The notes under the pieces are model-generated. The model searched no databases. It was not told the DNA's origin and saw only the letters and a list, made by a program, of their open reading frames with translations. The translations under genes and the position numbers were made by a program. A DNA stretch of 64,000 bases, taken from assembly GCA_000165425.1 (NCBI GenBank), contig CT868039.1, forward strand, positions 124,001 through 188,000. Direction: 5' to 3'. The DNA is from Paramecium tetraurelia. Lineage: Eukaryota. The stretch's first letter is position 1. The number at the start of each line of letters is the position of its first letter. This document shows positions 40,364 to 52,895 of this stretch, in pieces.

Positions 40364-41934
40364 TCATAATTATTCAATTACCCAAACTTCGAAATGCTAA
40401 ATTAAAAATTTTTCATTTTAGGTGAATCTTGGATTTTCAAAAGTTGAACATGGATTATTATAGCCAAAATATAACTTCGAATCAACAAATATCCCAAATG
40501 AAGGACCGCAACCAACACAAAATCCATCTGAATCACAATAAACAAAATCATTGTTTGTCTCCTTCCAATAATATGGAATCATTTGCAACTCATCTTACTT
40601 GATATCATACACATTATTACTTAGAATAAGAATGTTTCTCCAGTTCCATGGAATCCCTTCTTTGAACCCTACAATTCAGATGAAACATATGCTCCAAACA
40701 CCTTTCCATCCTTATCCTTGATTGTGAAAAAGAATGGATTCTGATATTACAATGAGAGTAGCAATTGTTCATAACTAGACCCATCGTTATCTATAGTGAA
40801 TTTGATACTCCAATTGGACAATCGATATATAGCAGGTATCAATTCAATTAATTATTTATAGAGACTTTCATTTAAACATTTCGAATTGGCTTTATATTTG
40901 GGAACATATGAAATACTTGCCCATAATCCTAAATGATATCATCATTATTTCATTACTTCCCATTCTCTTTCCAATCACATTATCCAATTCTTACTTTTAG
41001 ATTAATTGCTAATAGTGATTACTTTCATCAATTAAATCTATATAAGGCAGTTTAGTTAAATTAATAACATCCTATTGATCCTTCAAATTTTAGACTGAAT
41101 GGTTAATAAACTCAGTGATCGACTTACACATATCTCTCTTTACTTCTTCTGGAATTAGCTGGCCTGACTCATATCTCTCTTAATACTAAACTTAATTATT
41201 TTAAGTACTCTGAAAAATATAGTTGCAATGCTCTTTTTTTATTTTTTGAACTTCTGGAGTTTCTTCCTGAATTTCTTCTCAAATTCTACTCTACCAATCC
41301 CACTCAATAAAATTTAGATCAAATAATCTTTTTAATCATTTGCATTAGGTAAGATATGAACTATGGCTTCATTGATATCATTAATAGAAATGCATGCATT
41401 ATTCATTATCCTCTTGCCTGCTTGCTGTTGAACCTGATTGCTATCGAAAAGAATCATATCTTCTCTTACAGTCATTTATCCTTTAACATTCTAATCATCC
41501 ATACAATAATACATGAGAATATTATTGTATTGCTTGATTTACTGCTTCCATATGTCTTATTCCATTTATTCCACTTCCTCCTCCTCGCTATACTCATCCT
41601 CTGCACTATCCTCATGATCTTATTTAAAGACCTTCAACACCATTCCTTGAACAATGAATTCGCTGCTCAAATTATTTATCCTTTTCAATAGCTCCACGCT
41701 CATATCAAATTTTAAAGCTATCCCAATCAGTGAATCCTCTTACTATACTTCGTACTCTTCATACTCTTTGTTCTTCTACGTATCAATAGTGCTTTCCTAT
41801 GTGAATTTTGTTTTAAGCGTCTCATCATATTGGAGAACAGTTGTTTTACGCTTCAATTCAAAATCCTCAGTATTAGAAGCCTTTTATTTTTTAGGTTTTA
41901 TAAATCTAAACACCTTTTTCACCTTTTTGAACAT
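40364..41934 (-). CDS. OXR1/NCOA7-like protein (N-terminal LysM, C-terminal TLDc)
   Basis: LysM YEVQQEDSLIGIALKFDMSVELLKRINNL; TLDc DGSS, GKVFGAY, FHGTGETFLF, CSTFENPRF, FEVW. Confidence 0.9.
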
Positions 41935-42881
41935 ATGGAAATTAAATTTAATAACAAAAATAACTCAAATCTATATATAAATTTCTAGTTTAAAATGACG
42001 ACAATTTAATTGAAATATCTTTAAAATTATTAGAAAACCTTCTTTCATAAATTGTGAGATAATTTTATCTAATTACCATATATATACTAAATTTTTAACA
42101 ATTCGATAATAAAACTCTTAAGAACTTTATATTAAATAGTACTCTTAATTAAAATCATTTATTAAATAATTCAAAAAGAAAAACCCTTTTCCACAAAATT
42201 CTTAATACTCTCACTTTTATTAAAATTATTTATGAAACGATTAACTATGGTTTTATTCAATAACTCAATAAATTGAAAATCTGATTTAACCATTATATTA
42301 GATACTTTTAAGTTATGGAAGTTCAAGATAGAAGACTAATTCTTATATTTGAACAATCTATTCCCAGTCCAATTTTCTGAATTCTGAATTCTGCATTACA
42401 TATAGAGATCATTTCAACTAAATCTTAATAATATTCTTAATTCTTTTTTGAATTTTTTTTCTAGAAACAATTTGAACTGAAAGAACAGGACATATCTCAC
42501 ACAAAATCTAATTATCTATGATTTCTCTAATAATTTTTATTATTGAGTAAATTAATTGAATAATTTATAAATCATAGCATATTTTTTGAAACAATTAATA
42601 TTTTATAAATTTAAATATAAGTCTATACAGATATATCATGGGGAAATGATTAATTAAGGATGATATATTTGCTTTTGATTAGTAGTTGAGCAAGTCTGAA
42701 GAGGTATTTGATTTTTGGTATGTCAAGGGAGATTTTGAAATATTTTAGGAATTTGAGTTAATAAATATGGAGATTGAAACATTTATAACTTTTTGATTTC
42801 GATCAATTTAATTATTATGAAATCAGAAATTAATGAAAGAAATGAAATGAGATTTTTTTGATATAATATTTAAAATATTAA

Positions 42882-44489
42882 ATGGGTTCTTGTGCAGGAT
42901 CAGGATAAAATAAATAAAAGCATTCGAGAGATGAAAGAATTAGAACAGAACCAGATAAAGGAAGAGGAAGTGATGCTTTCACTGGTGGGGTCAATGTCTC
43001 TAATGCATCCGGAAAAAGTGCAGAATTGAAATGGTTGGATTTGCCAAATTAGAAAAAGAAGACAATGAAAAAGTAAGAAAGTCTCAAAGTCACACTTTCA
43101 ATCACAAATGGTCCTATATCAAAATACTATATTCGAAAGAACCTTCGTTATTTAGAAGGTGTAAATTTTAAAGATAATATGTTTGTTGTTCAACATATCG
43201 TTACTGGAAAAATTCGAGTGGCAGAGAGATTTTCAATGAATACAGTAACGAATGCATTCATCAATAAAATAATCTACTTATAATTAGTAAATATTTGATC
43301 TATTCTAGAACCATCCTAATTTGCTTGATATTTATGGAATATTTTTAGAAAATAACTATTACACAATTATAACTGACTATTGCAATGGGGGATCACTTTT
43401 ATCACTACTTTCTGAGAGAAATACTCATTTTGAAGAAGGAATTGCTGCTTAATGTTGCCGATAAATATATGAATTAATGAGCTATTTACATAAATATGGA
43501 CTTTATCATGGTTCATTAAGTTTGAGAAGTTTTGAGAAATACAATTAAGGAAAGAAACACTTTAAACTAAAGCTTGTTGATTTTAGTAGTTTATTTTGTA
43601 AATCAGATATTAATGAAAGCAACGTGCAATTTTTATCACCTGAATGTTGCAGTGAAAAGTAAAGCTATACGGCTGCTAGAGATTAATGGGCAGTTGGAAT
43701 AATTACCATGGCTATAGCTTTTGGTAAACTACCCTTTGATGCAAACTCATTGTAAGAATGCTTGGAAAATATTCAATCGTCTTGTAAGAAGGAGGGTTTT
43801 TTGCAAAAAGAATTGGAGAAATAAATTGGCAATCCTTTAATTAAAGATTTGGTACTTTAATTTTTGCAGATTGTTCCATCGAAAAGGATAGATTTTATTT
43901 AAGCTTTGGATTCTAAATGGATGAAAAACTATGAGCAGGTTTCCAAATAGTAATTCAAGCAATGCTTAGATGAATTAACTAAAAAAGAGGCAAACTTTCT
44001 TCAATCTTGCTTTCTTTTAATGATGATTAAATAATTCGATGATTAATACTCTTAAATATAAGAAATATTTAATGGATTGGATATCGACAAGAATGGTAGA
44101 CTCACTAAACCGGAATTAGTTAAACATTACACCCAATATTTTAATGCCCAATACAAGCCTCATGAGATTCATGACTTTGTTAATGAAATATTTACAGCTT
44201 CAGACATAAATAATAGTGGTGACATAGAACTTTCTGAATTTTTGATTGCCCTATCAAATCCTAAAACTATTATAACTAATGAAAACCTAAAGTGCATTTT
44301 CAATCAAATCAATCAAGGTCAACCTTTTGGTTTTAATGAATTACAACCATTATTTAGAACCAAGGAAGCAGAAATTCAAAGTTCACTTCAACAAATTCCA
44401 AATCAAATTGTAAATCATTTTATTCTACATTTTAGATTAATTTTGAGGAGTTTTAAAAACTTATGTTTGAATTAATAGAAGATAAATGA
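42882..44489 (+). CDS. CDPK-like pseudokinase with EF-hands
   Basis: Starts MGSCAG. HPNLL, DYCNGGSL, LHKYGLYHGSLSLRSF, LKLVDFSS, FLSPE, DQWAVG; EF-hands DIDKNGRLTKPE and DINNSGDIELSE. Confidence 0.85.
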
Positions 44490-44960
44490 TATGTATAAAA
44501 TTTGTTTAGAATTTCTAAATAACAACATAATAAACAATCAATTACACCTTTTTTATGTTAAAGTTAGAATATGCAATCTATAATGTTTATTATTTTTGTT
44601 TGCATTTACATCTTACGTATTTCATTTTACTCTAGTTTAAGTTGAGAGGTATTTGTAATACCAATTCCATCATTTGATTTTTCTAATTTCAATTAAGTCC
44701 TTTATTATACAACCTTTGTTCTTTTATAACTGGAAAATTTAAAGAAGTTTTCATCATAAAGTATTTAAATTTCAGTTTAATTTTTAATTTTATGGTTTTT
44801 AGCACGAAAACTTTATCGGGTGGGGATGTAAAATTAGAGGACATGTACATTTTGACATACTCAATAGATTTTTTGGAATATCTTAGCAATCTTATGGTGT
44901 TTAAGAAGTAAAATGTAATAAGATACAAAAACTGTGATTTATTTATGTTATAATTAAAAC

Positions 44961-46176
44961 ATGTTATAAAGCACTTCAGAAAAATTGCAATAAAAAGTTT
45001 CGTCATATAAGGACAAGATAAGGACATAATTGAAGAAAAAGATATCAGTGATTAAAGATCAACAAAAATTGAGACATTCGAATAGCGATTGTAATTGAAT
45101 AGTTAATATCCCCATAGTGCAAATTGACACACCATTCTAATCGTAATCAAAAATAGATGCTGATTTTTCTGATAATTATGAATTAGGTGTTAAATTAGGA
45201 GAAGGTGCTCATGCCATTGTTTACAAGGCAATCAGGAAAAGTGACAATCAGGAATTTGCTGTAAAAGTATTTAGATCTAGCGACCCTGAAATCATTGCTT
45301 CAATAAGAAAGACTTATTAGATTGGATCAATGCTTTCTCACCCGAATTTAATTAAAGTGAAAGAATTATACATAAATTAATAAAATGGATACTCATATTA
45401 AATAATGGAATTGTGTCAATATCCAAATTTAGAAAATCAGATACCCAAATTGAATCTAAAAGAGATAAAGACGGTTATGCGGTACATTATAATTTGAAGT
45501 AACAATAGTGAATTATTGAATGGGTTAGTTTACATGCACCAATAAAAAGTATGTCACAGAGACATAAAACCTGACAACATTCTATTTGATGGTTTAAATG
45601 TAAAAATCCTTGACTTTGGAGTCAGTAAGAGATACTACATTAAATAAAAATATATAGATATGTGGACACCCACAGGCACTTAATTTTATTGTGCACCAGA
45701 GATATACACCAAAGTTAGTTACACTTACAAAATTGACATGTGGGCTGTTGGTGTATAAATTGATATTTATTTTTAAGGTTATTCTCTATTAACTATTGAC
45801 AAAACAATTGCCATTCCAGGATGAGACTGCTCATGGAACTATTGAATTAATATGCAAAGCATAGTTCAAAGATCATTCAGCTTTAGATAAAGTTAGCAAA
45901 GATTTATTATGCAGATTGTTATAGATAGACCCAAAAAAACGACTTAATGCAGCAGAAGCATTACAACATATTTGGTTTCAGAATAAGGAGATGATTCAGC
46001 AATGCATGGATGATATGATTGTACATGATGGCCTAGTTAATGATTCCTCATTGTTTATCTAACTGAGTTAATCATAAAATAGGAATACCTACGCAACTCA
46101 TCATTAAGATACTAAAGTGGAGGCTTTCAAGCCGACAATACACGTCAAGCAATCTTCATTTAGAGATTCATCATGA
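44961..46176 (+). CDS. CAMK-group Ser/Thr kinase
   Basis: LGEGAHAIV, FAVK, HRDIKPDN, DFG, TPTGTQFYCAPE, DMWAVG. The start is inferred through a 27-nt intron. Confidence 0.9.
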
Positions 46177-46257
46177 TATACTGGGTTATTTCATATTAAT
46201 ATTCACAACATCACAAAAGTTATGTAATCATTGTATGTAATTCTTGAATCATTTTTT

Positions 46258-47200
46258 TATCAAAATCTTACAAAGTCTTGTCCAATTTTAATTTAAATTT
46301 TATTATTTAAATTATTCTTAGAAATTAACAATCTTAATATAGAATCTAATAATTATTTTATTAATTCAACTTAACTTGGCTTGAGAAAACTACAAATTAT
46401 TTGAAGAAATCTTATCTCTTACAACTTTTTGAAACTATTCAATCTCCAGTTGCTTGAATGTTCAAGATGACGCTCATGCAATAACTCTTTTTATCACTTG
46501 AAATAATTATGTTTTCAATTTTTTTAAATAATACAGGATGATTGATAATCTTATACACTGCATCACTATTTTTATAACTTAGATTGTCAAAATCAAATAG
46601 TTTGATTTATAATATTTAATGGTTTTTTATTCAAATTTTATAATAATTATCTAGTATATTCTCATAAAATAATTTCTACATGCCCCATTAATAAGGAATC
46701 TGATTAAGCGAAATTACTTTATTATATCTTAGCTTTTATCCATAATTTTGCATTAATGTGTGACTATTGATTTAAAATATAAGACAACAACAATAAGTCA
46801 TCAATTAGGAATCTTAAAGACAAGCTAATGAGATTACCTACTCTTCTATATATTTGTTATTCCAAGCCTAATGAACAAGCTTAAGATCTATAAATTGCTA
46901 ATTTTCATCGAATTTTTAATACTCAATCAGAGATTTTAAAACAATATTATGCTTGTTAAGAATTAATCCTAAGGTATTTATCCAAATTATTATAAATTTG
47001 AAAGAAATTCAAGTTATTTAAGTTTATTGTGATTTATGTTCTAAAGAAAACAAAATATGAATTATTATTATTTTCCAGATTCTCTTTGTTCCTACTTTAA
47101 TACTTAGCTTCAAGTGCTTAATTTTACTTGTTTCTTGTCTAAATTATTCATTTTTAACAACATATTATAAGAATTTTAGAATCCATCAAATAATTATATT
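46258..47200 (-). pseudogene. Probable decayed gene
   Basis: Fragments IKLFDFDNL..VYKIINHPVLFKKIEN and KELLHERHLEHSSNWRL lie in different frames with in-frame TGA codons. Limits approximate. Confidence 0.3.
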
Positions 47201-47219
47201 TTATTTATATTAAATTAAT

Positions 47220-48818
47220 TCATTCCTATTGATACAATCCAACATGCCAAAACGGAAATAAAGACATTATATAACAGTAGACTAACTCAAAAATAGCCTT
47301 AAAAAAGGAACTCACTGTCATCTTCTAATCTAATATATATAAAGATAAAGTATTACTTTATAGTTATTATTTAAGTCTTCGCACTTCTTCTTCTAATTCA
47401 GGCTCTTCATCCTATTCTGCATTTGGCTATTTTTCAAATTATATTTCTTAGGTCTTTTCTTTAGCATCTTATTTCTCTTGTTGAACATCCATTTCTCCTT
47501 GTCCTTTATTCTACTACTCAATCTTGGGCTCATCTATTTAGTTATCTTTATTTGGTTAAGTATTTTCTATCTTAGGTTATTCTTAAGTATTTTCATGAAA
47601 TTATTTCTCATCAAATACCAATTCTTCCTCTTCTTTGACTATTTTTTCTTAATTATTCTAAAATTGGTTTTGTTGTTTTTCTTTTTTAATTATGTTGAAA
47701 CTTTCATTGTCTTATTTGTTTGTTTCCTGCTTATGTTCTGTTATTTCTGTTTTATTTTATTAGAGATCTTTTGATAATTATTAGGCTTGCAATAGTTTAG
47801 CATGTCTAATCAAAAAATCCTACAGTTGTTCTTAACTATCCAATTACAAATCTAATTCGTTGTCCTGATCGTTAGATATATCTAAATCATCAAATTTTTC
47901 TTATTACTCAAATTATTATTCTAAATTAACATCTGAATATTTATTAGCATCAGGTTGTATTTTAGTAGTATTTTTTTTATTAACATATTATTATTATTAT
48001 TATTACTATTGTTATTGTTGCTATTATTATTGTTACTATTGTTATTGTTGCTATTATTATTATTATTGTTATTGTTGCTATTATTATTATTGCCGTGCTT
48101 CTTAATTTTAGTTGACGTCTCTTTATTGTTGTTGTTATTATTATCTCTATAATTATAACTATTATTCTCTCAATTGTGCCTTAAATTCCTGATATTTGGT
48201 CCAATAGAATATTCCAATAATACCCAATAAATAATAGTAATTCTACCCTTTAAAGTATGAGCTAAACAAAGTATAGAATAATCCGATATAACAAATCATT
48301 TTAAAATGGAAGAATATCTCTTACTATATAGGGGAGTCTTTGTCATCTAATTTATTAATAAACTATTACCATTTCTCCTTTATTATTATTCTGGTGGTTT
48401 TTCAATTTTCTCCTCAGCGTTTTGTTAAAACTTCAATCCCATTATTGGCATTTGTGAAATGATGGGTTAGAAATTGGACACATTTAGTTAATTGAATACT
48501 AATGCTCTTTGAATGTTTTTAGTGTATTCTAGATAGAGTAATTATTTATTTGGTTGTGGGTGTTATTTTTTAGCACCAATCACTGTTAAGAATACGATTT
48601 GTTCATATTTTTTGGCAATTTCGAGTAACTTTTCATTGCCATACAATTCCACGCCACCATGATATAATTTGATTGCATCTGGATCATAGAAAGATTAGTT
48701 TTTGGCAGAGAAATGTCGAATCTAGCATAAAGTTAAGGTGTACTTATTCAGTTGTCCAATAGTCTGGACATTAGAACTCCAAGTAATGCCCATTGGGAAA
48801 CTTAACTTTTATATTCAT
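47220..48818 (-). CDS. HERP-like membrane protein: N-terminal ubiquitin-like domain, TM hairpin, polyQ, C-terminal hydrophobic helix
   Basis: MNIKVKFPNG..CPDYWTTEQI..IKLYHGGVEL; TM region ICYIGLFYTLF..YLLGIIGIFYW; C-terminus FELVYCYIMSLFP. Introns of 22 and 23 nt give 517 aa. Confidence 0.7.
47988..48092 (-). repeat. Poly-Gln tract of 35 codons (TAA/TAG/CAA)
   Basis: Antisense of the 35-Leu run in track ORF 47955-48152. Confidence 0.9.
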
Positions 48819-48824
48819 TTAATA

Positions 48825-49672
48825 ATGTAATAATGGGATTTAGTAAATGAATCAAGTGATTAGTTACGATTGTTTAGTTATTGTTTTATAGTGTGGAGTG
48901 CTTTATTTATACTTTGCTACGATAGAATCAGATTGAATAACCTTAGTTCCAAAAAGCAAATCGATGTTTTCAACCGAGTCGTCTCAATTTTACACGGTCA
49001 ATTCACTTTTTGGGGATCACTCATAGTTATACTTTCTCAGACCCCTTACCAATTATAGGAAATGAATTCCTCTGAAATGCAATTCGTTATGATCGTCAGC
49101 GCAGGTTATTTTGCATACGACGTCATAATTTGCACTTATTTCGATTTGTATGACTATTGGCTGATATTCCATCACATAATTAGTTTGATGGCTTTTGGAG
49201 AAAGCATTCTGAACAAAAAATATGGACATATTATTATATGTAAATAGTTATACTGATAAAACTATATAGTCGGTATGTTCATCACTGAAATATCTAATTT
49301 GCCTATGCATTTGAGACATATTTTGGGTTGTTTCGGATTAAGACAAACAAAGATATATGAATCAATCGAATTACTCTACTTCTCACTCTTCTTAATATTT
49401 AGAGGTATCTTGAGTCCGGTCTTACTAATCAGAACCTATGAGGACCTACATGCACCCTTATTGATTAAAATCTCTGCATCTGGATTGCTATTGTACTCAG
49501 TCTATTACATCATAGAGTAATTAAAAATTCTACATCTATTTTTAGAATGATCAAAATTACTTAAAGAAAAGTCAGATCATATAGAGATCGGAAGAGAAGA
49601 AATCTCACTATGTATTGGTTTGCTCAGAATCCCCTACTACCAACACACAAATATGTAGACTCCATATTATGA
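48825..49672 (+). CDS. TLC (TRAM/LAG1/CLN8) domain membrane protein
   Basis: RVVSILHG, SAGYFAYD, IFHHI, TEISNLPMHLR, FLIFRG. ATG 48825 is in frame with track ORF 48870. Confidence 0.9.
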
Positions 49673-49793
49673 TAATATTAATAAGAAACTATATCTATTA
49701 TTATAAATGTTCTTATAAAAATGGGTGGTCTAAATCTGCTGATTTAACTGAAATTAATAGTTCTTTGCTAGATAAATATTTTTATTTTGTTTG

Positions 49794-51233
49794 ATGAATA
49801 AATTTACTTTAAAATTTGATGATAAAATATTAGAAGAATAATATTAAAAAGTTAAACTGTCTAAAATTAGAAAACCCATTTATTTGGGACTGTTGTTACT
49901 AAGTTTTTGCATGATGAGTTCAAATGCCATATTAAGTTTGTTTACTTCACAATAACAGACCGTAAAAGCATACATCAATTATTCTTACCTTATATTTATG
50001 GTCTTCTAAGCCCTAATTGTATACAAGAGACCTTATCTAATCAGATACTTATTGGTAATATCAAATATTGCCACAGGGTTGTTGCAATTCAATTTTAATG
50101 AATCAACACCAGCCTAAATTTACTATGACTAAAGTTCTTCATTTACTTAATTACAAGCAGTTGCATACTTCATTTCTGATTTCAAAGATGGAGTAATTCA
50201 AGTTTTAGCCTTGCTCGTTATGCGATTGATAATGACTTCAATGAAAATAGGAAATGTAGATTTGCAGACAATTTTAATAGGAATTGCCTCTACCTCTTTT
50301 ATTCTTGTCACACTCTATGTAAACGACTAGAATTCAAGAAAGGAATTCTTAGGGAGCATTTAAGAAGATTTGTGGGATCATTCCTTAGCCATCCTCATTA
50401 AAAAGCCTCATTTCAGAGTTTAATACAATAAGGAATATATGAAAATAGATTTAATTTCCTCCCACCAATTATGTGATTTCCCAGGCTATGATGAAAATAT
50501 TTGCGAAGGTTGTAATGGTAGATAGATTTTACATTTATATTAATACAATAAAGTTAATTTATCTGATTTTATTCTAGAATAGGCTTAAACAATCTAAAAT
50601 TCAATCAAAGTTCAATACAAGCATCACTCACTTTAATTGAGAATAGTTTGTGTAGGAATTAAGAATTTGAATATTGTTGTCATTTATGAAAAAGCAAGAG
50701 CAGATGTAAGTGAATAAATAGTGCCTATTAAATTGAAAAATTTAATTTTTCAATATATTTAATCTTAATCTCAAAGAACTATTTATTAAAGGTTATTTAA
50801 TCAAGGTTTATTATCAATTTTGTTAATTAATAAAATGAAATTAAAAGAAGTGGAAATTACTAAAATGTTTAAAAAATTGAATAAATAGTTTAAATATACT
50901 ATGAAACCTCTTAAAATACTGCCGAAACATGTTAACTTTAAATTTTATACTTATTCTTCCTAATTGAAAATATTTTTGGTTTAAATCTTTCAAATATTTG
51001 ATTAAATCTCGAAAAAGAGAGTATCGATATTATTTCAAGATTTAGAGGATTGCAATTTAATGCAGATTAAATTTAAACAAAGTTAAGAAAGAAATCTGAA
51101 CCTCCTATTTCTTAGCTTTTATAGCAAAAATATTTTTATATAACAGATCAAACCTCTCTTGTTGTTTAATGAGCTGAATTTAGATTTGCAGATACAATTT
51201 AAAAAACACATACCATACTAACTAATTTATTGA
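49794..51233 (+). CDS. Multi-pass membrane protein (479 aa) with a cytosolic C-terminal region
   Basis: Intronless 1440-nt frame: MNKFTLKFDDKILEEQYQ, about 6 hydrophobic segments, CEGCNGR, TGA at 51231-51233. Confidence 0.8.
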
Positions 51234-51255
51234 TTTAAAATAAAATATATATATT

Positions 51256-52849
51256 TCAAAAAATCTTCTAATCTTTTTATAATATTGTATCATCCTCTCC
51301 AAAATTTAGAGTATTTATTCTGGTGTCAATATTTGTTTAAACCATCCTAAAAGTGTGAGGCATCAGTAATTTTGAAGCTCGGTTTTAAGGCAGCGATCGA
51401 ATCTTTAATTCAAGTTGTTGACTCTCCACCAACTTTTCCCTTTAATTTTTATATTGTTGGTATGCTACATAAAAAAGAATTGAGAGGAGAAACACTGCTA
51501 AAATGTAAAATAAATAATAAATTGAAATAATAAAGGGTTTTTGGTTGAAGTGCACCATAAATTCCTTTTATTTCCAACCTTAATTTGTTCGATAGGTTAA
51601 TTTAAACTTTTTTTCTATTTATTTTGAATCAGCTAAAAATTGATATAAAATTATGATACTTTCTATAAAGCACTTAATCTAATAGGGCTAAAGATGTGGT
51701 TGAATTTGAAATAAATATTTAGATGTAGTTCCATAGATATAATTATCAGCTAAAACAAATTATTTAACCGAAGTTAACACAAAAGGAATTGCAGTTTCTT
51801 TTTCCTAATAATAAATAAGAAAATGAGTATGAAATCCCTGAACTAGTAGAACCTCCTCGTTTACTTCAACATCAACAATCTTATTAGAAATGTTGAATCT
51901 GGCAACAGAACCCCACTTCTTATTAAGTAACTCAATGTTGAATTAGATTATATAATGCTGATTTTTGGTTTTGTAGGCAACAAAGACAAAGCTATCACTA
52001 TTAATAGTTAGAGCAATTCCATCAGTTTTGGGACCAATATTCTTCAAAAGAAGTTTGCTCATAACTTTTTGATTTTTAATAGTCAAATCAATAACCATCA
52101 CTCCGTTTATTCTACACAGTACATAAAGTATATAATTAGTATCTCTTAACTTTGAAATAGAAAAATCTCTAAAATCAACAGCTGATAAACCTATGGATTA
52201 TTTATCTAATATGTAAGACTAGTAATCTTGATTTATTAAATAAATTTCTAAGCCTTCTGATCCAATAGCAGAAAATAAATAATAATCAATTATTTCAGAA
52301 TAATACCTACTTTATCTACTTTACCAATTCCGAATTTCTCCTTAATTTTTTGTGTTTCTAAAATCTAAGTAGTGAGCATAGTCAGGATATGCTAAAATTA
52401 GATATTCAGTAGATCCAATAAGTTAAGGCAGTGAAACCTACTCATGTGTGAAATTAAAAGAATAAATTTTTGAGGTTTCATCTATTAAACTAATATGGAA
52501 AAGATGATTATTCATTGTTAATCCGTAAATTTCACTTTGTCCTAGGATCACCACATCGATCAAAAGATCAGAGTCTTCGACTATTGAATCATTATTTAAT
52601 TAGTCAGAGGGTAGTTAAAATGTTTATCCTTCTGTTAATAATGTTCGATTTGAGAGATAACAAAACTAAGAGTTATTGATTAATTAATTATCGTCACTAG
52701 GTTAATTTTAATCAATACTCGATCTGAACAAGCTAAGCTTCCAAAGCTTCTCTTACTTCAAATAAGGTCTAAACTTCACCAAACTTAACAAAATAGGATT
52801 ATATTGCTTTGCTCAGAATAGGAAGGGTTAGAAAAATGAACAATAGCAT
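51256..52849 (-). CDS. Type I membrane protein with a beta-rich ectodomain; frame break near the 5' end
   Basis: Signal peptide MLLFIFLTLPILSKA, YLFSAIGSEGLEIY, TM segment IYYLFYILAVFLLSILFYVAY. The signal-peptide frame and the main frame differ by 1 nt. Confidence 0.65.
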
Positions 52850-52895
52850 GATTTTAGTAAAAATTACAAATTTATTTTATATTATTAATATACAT

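Noticed and set aside
41940..42880. Long AT-rich spacers as possible retained IES or transposon DNA
   Set aside because: No transposase motifs or convincing terminal inverted repeats; IESs cannot be called without a germline-somatic comparison.
44571..44937. Coding-like fragment ending ..GWGCKIRGHVHFD..KL*
   Set aside because: No consistent start or intron structure could be built.
47955..48152. Poly-Leu ORF on the + strand
   Set aside because: Antisense shadow of the polyQ tract of the minus-strand gene.
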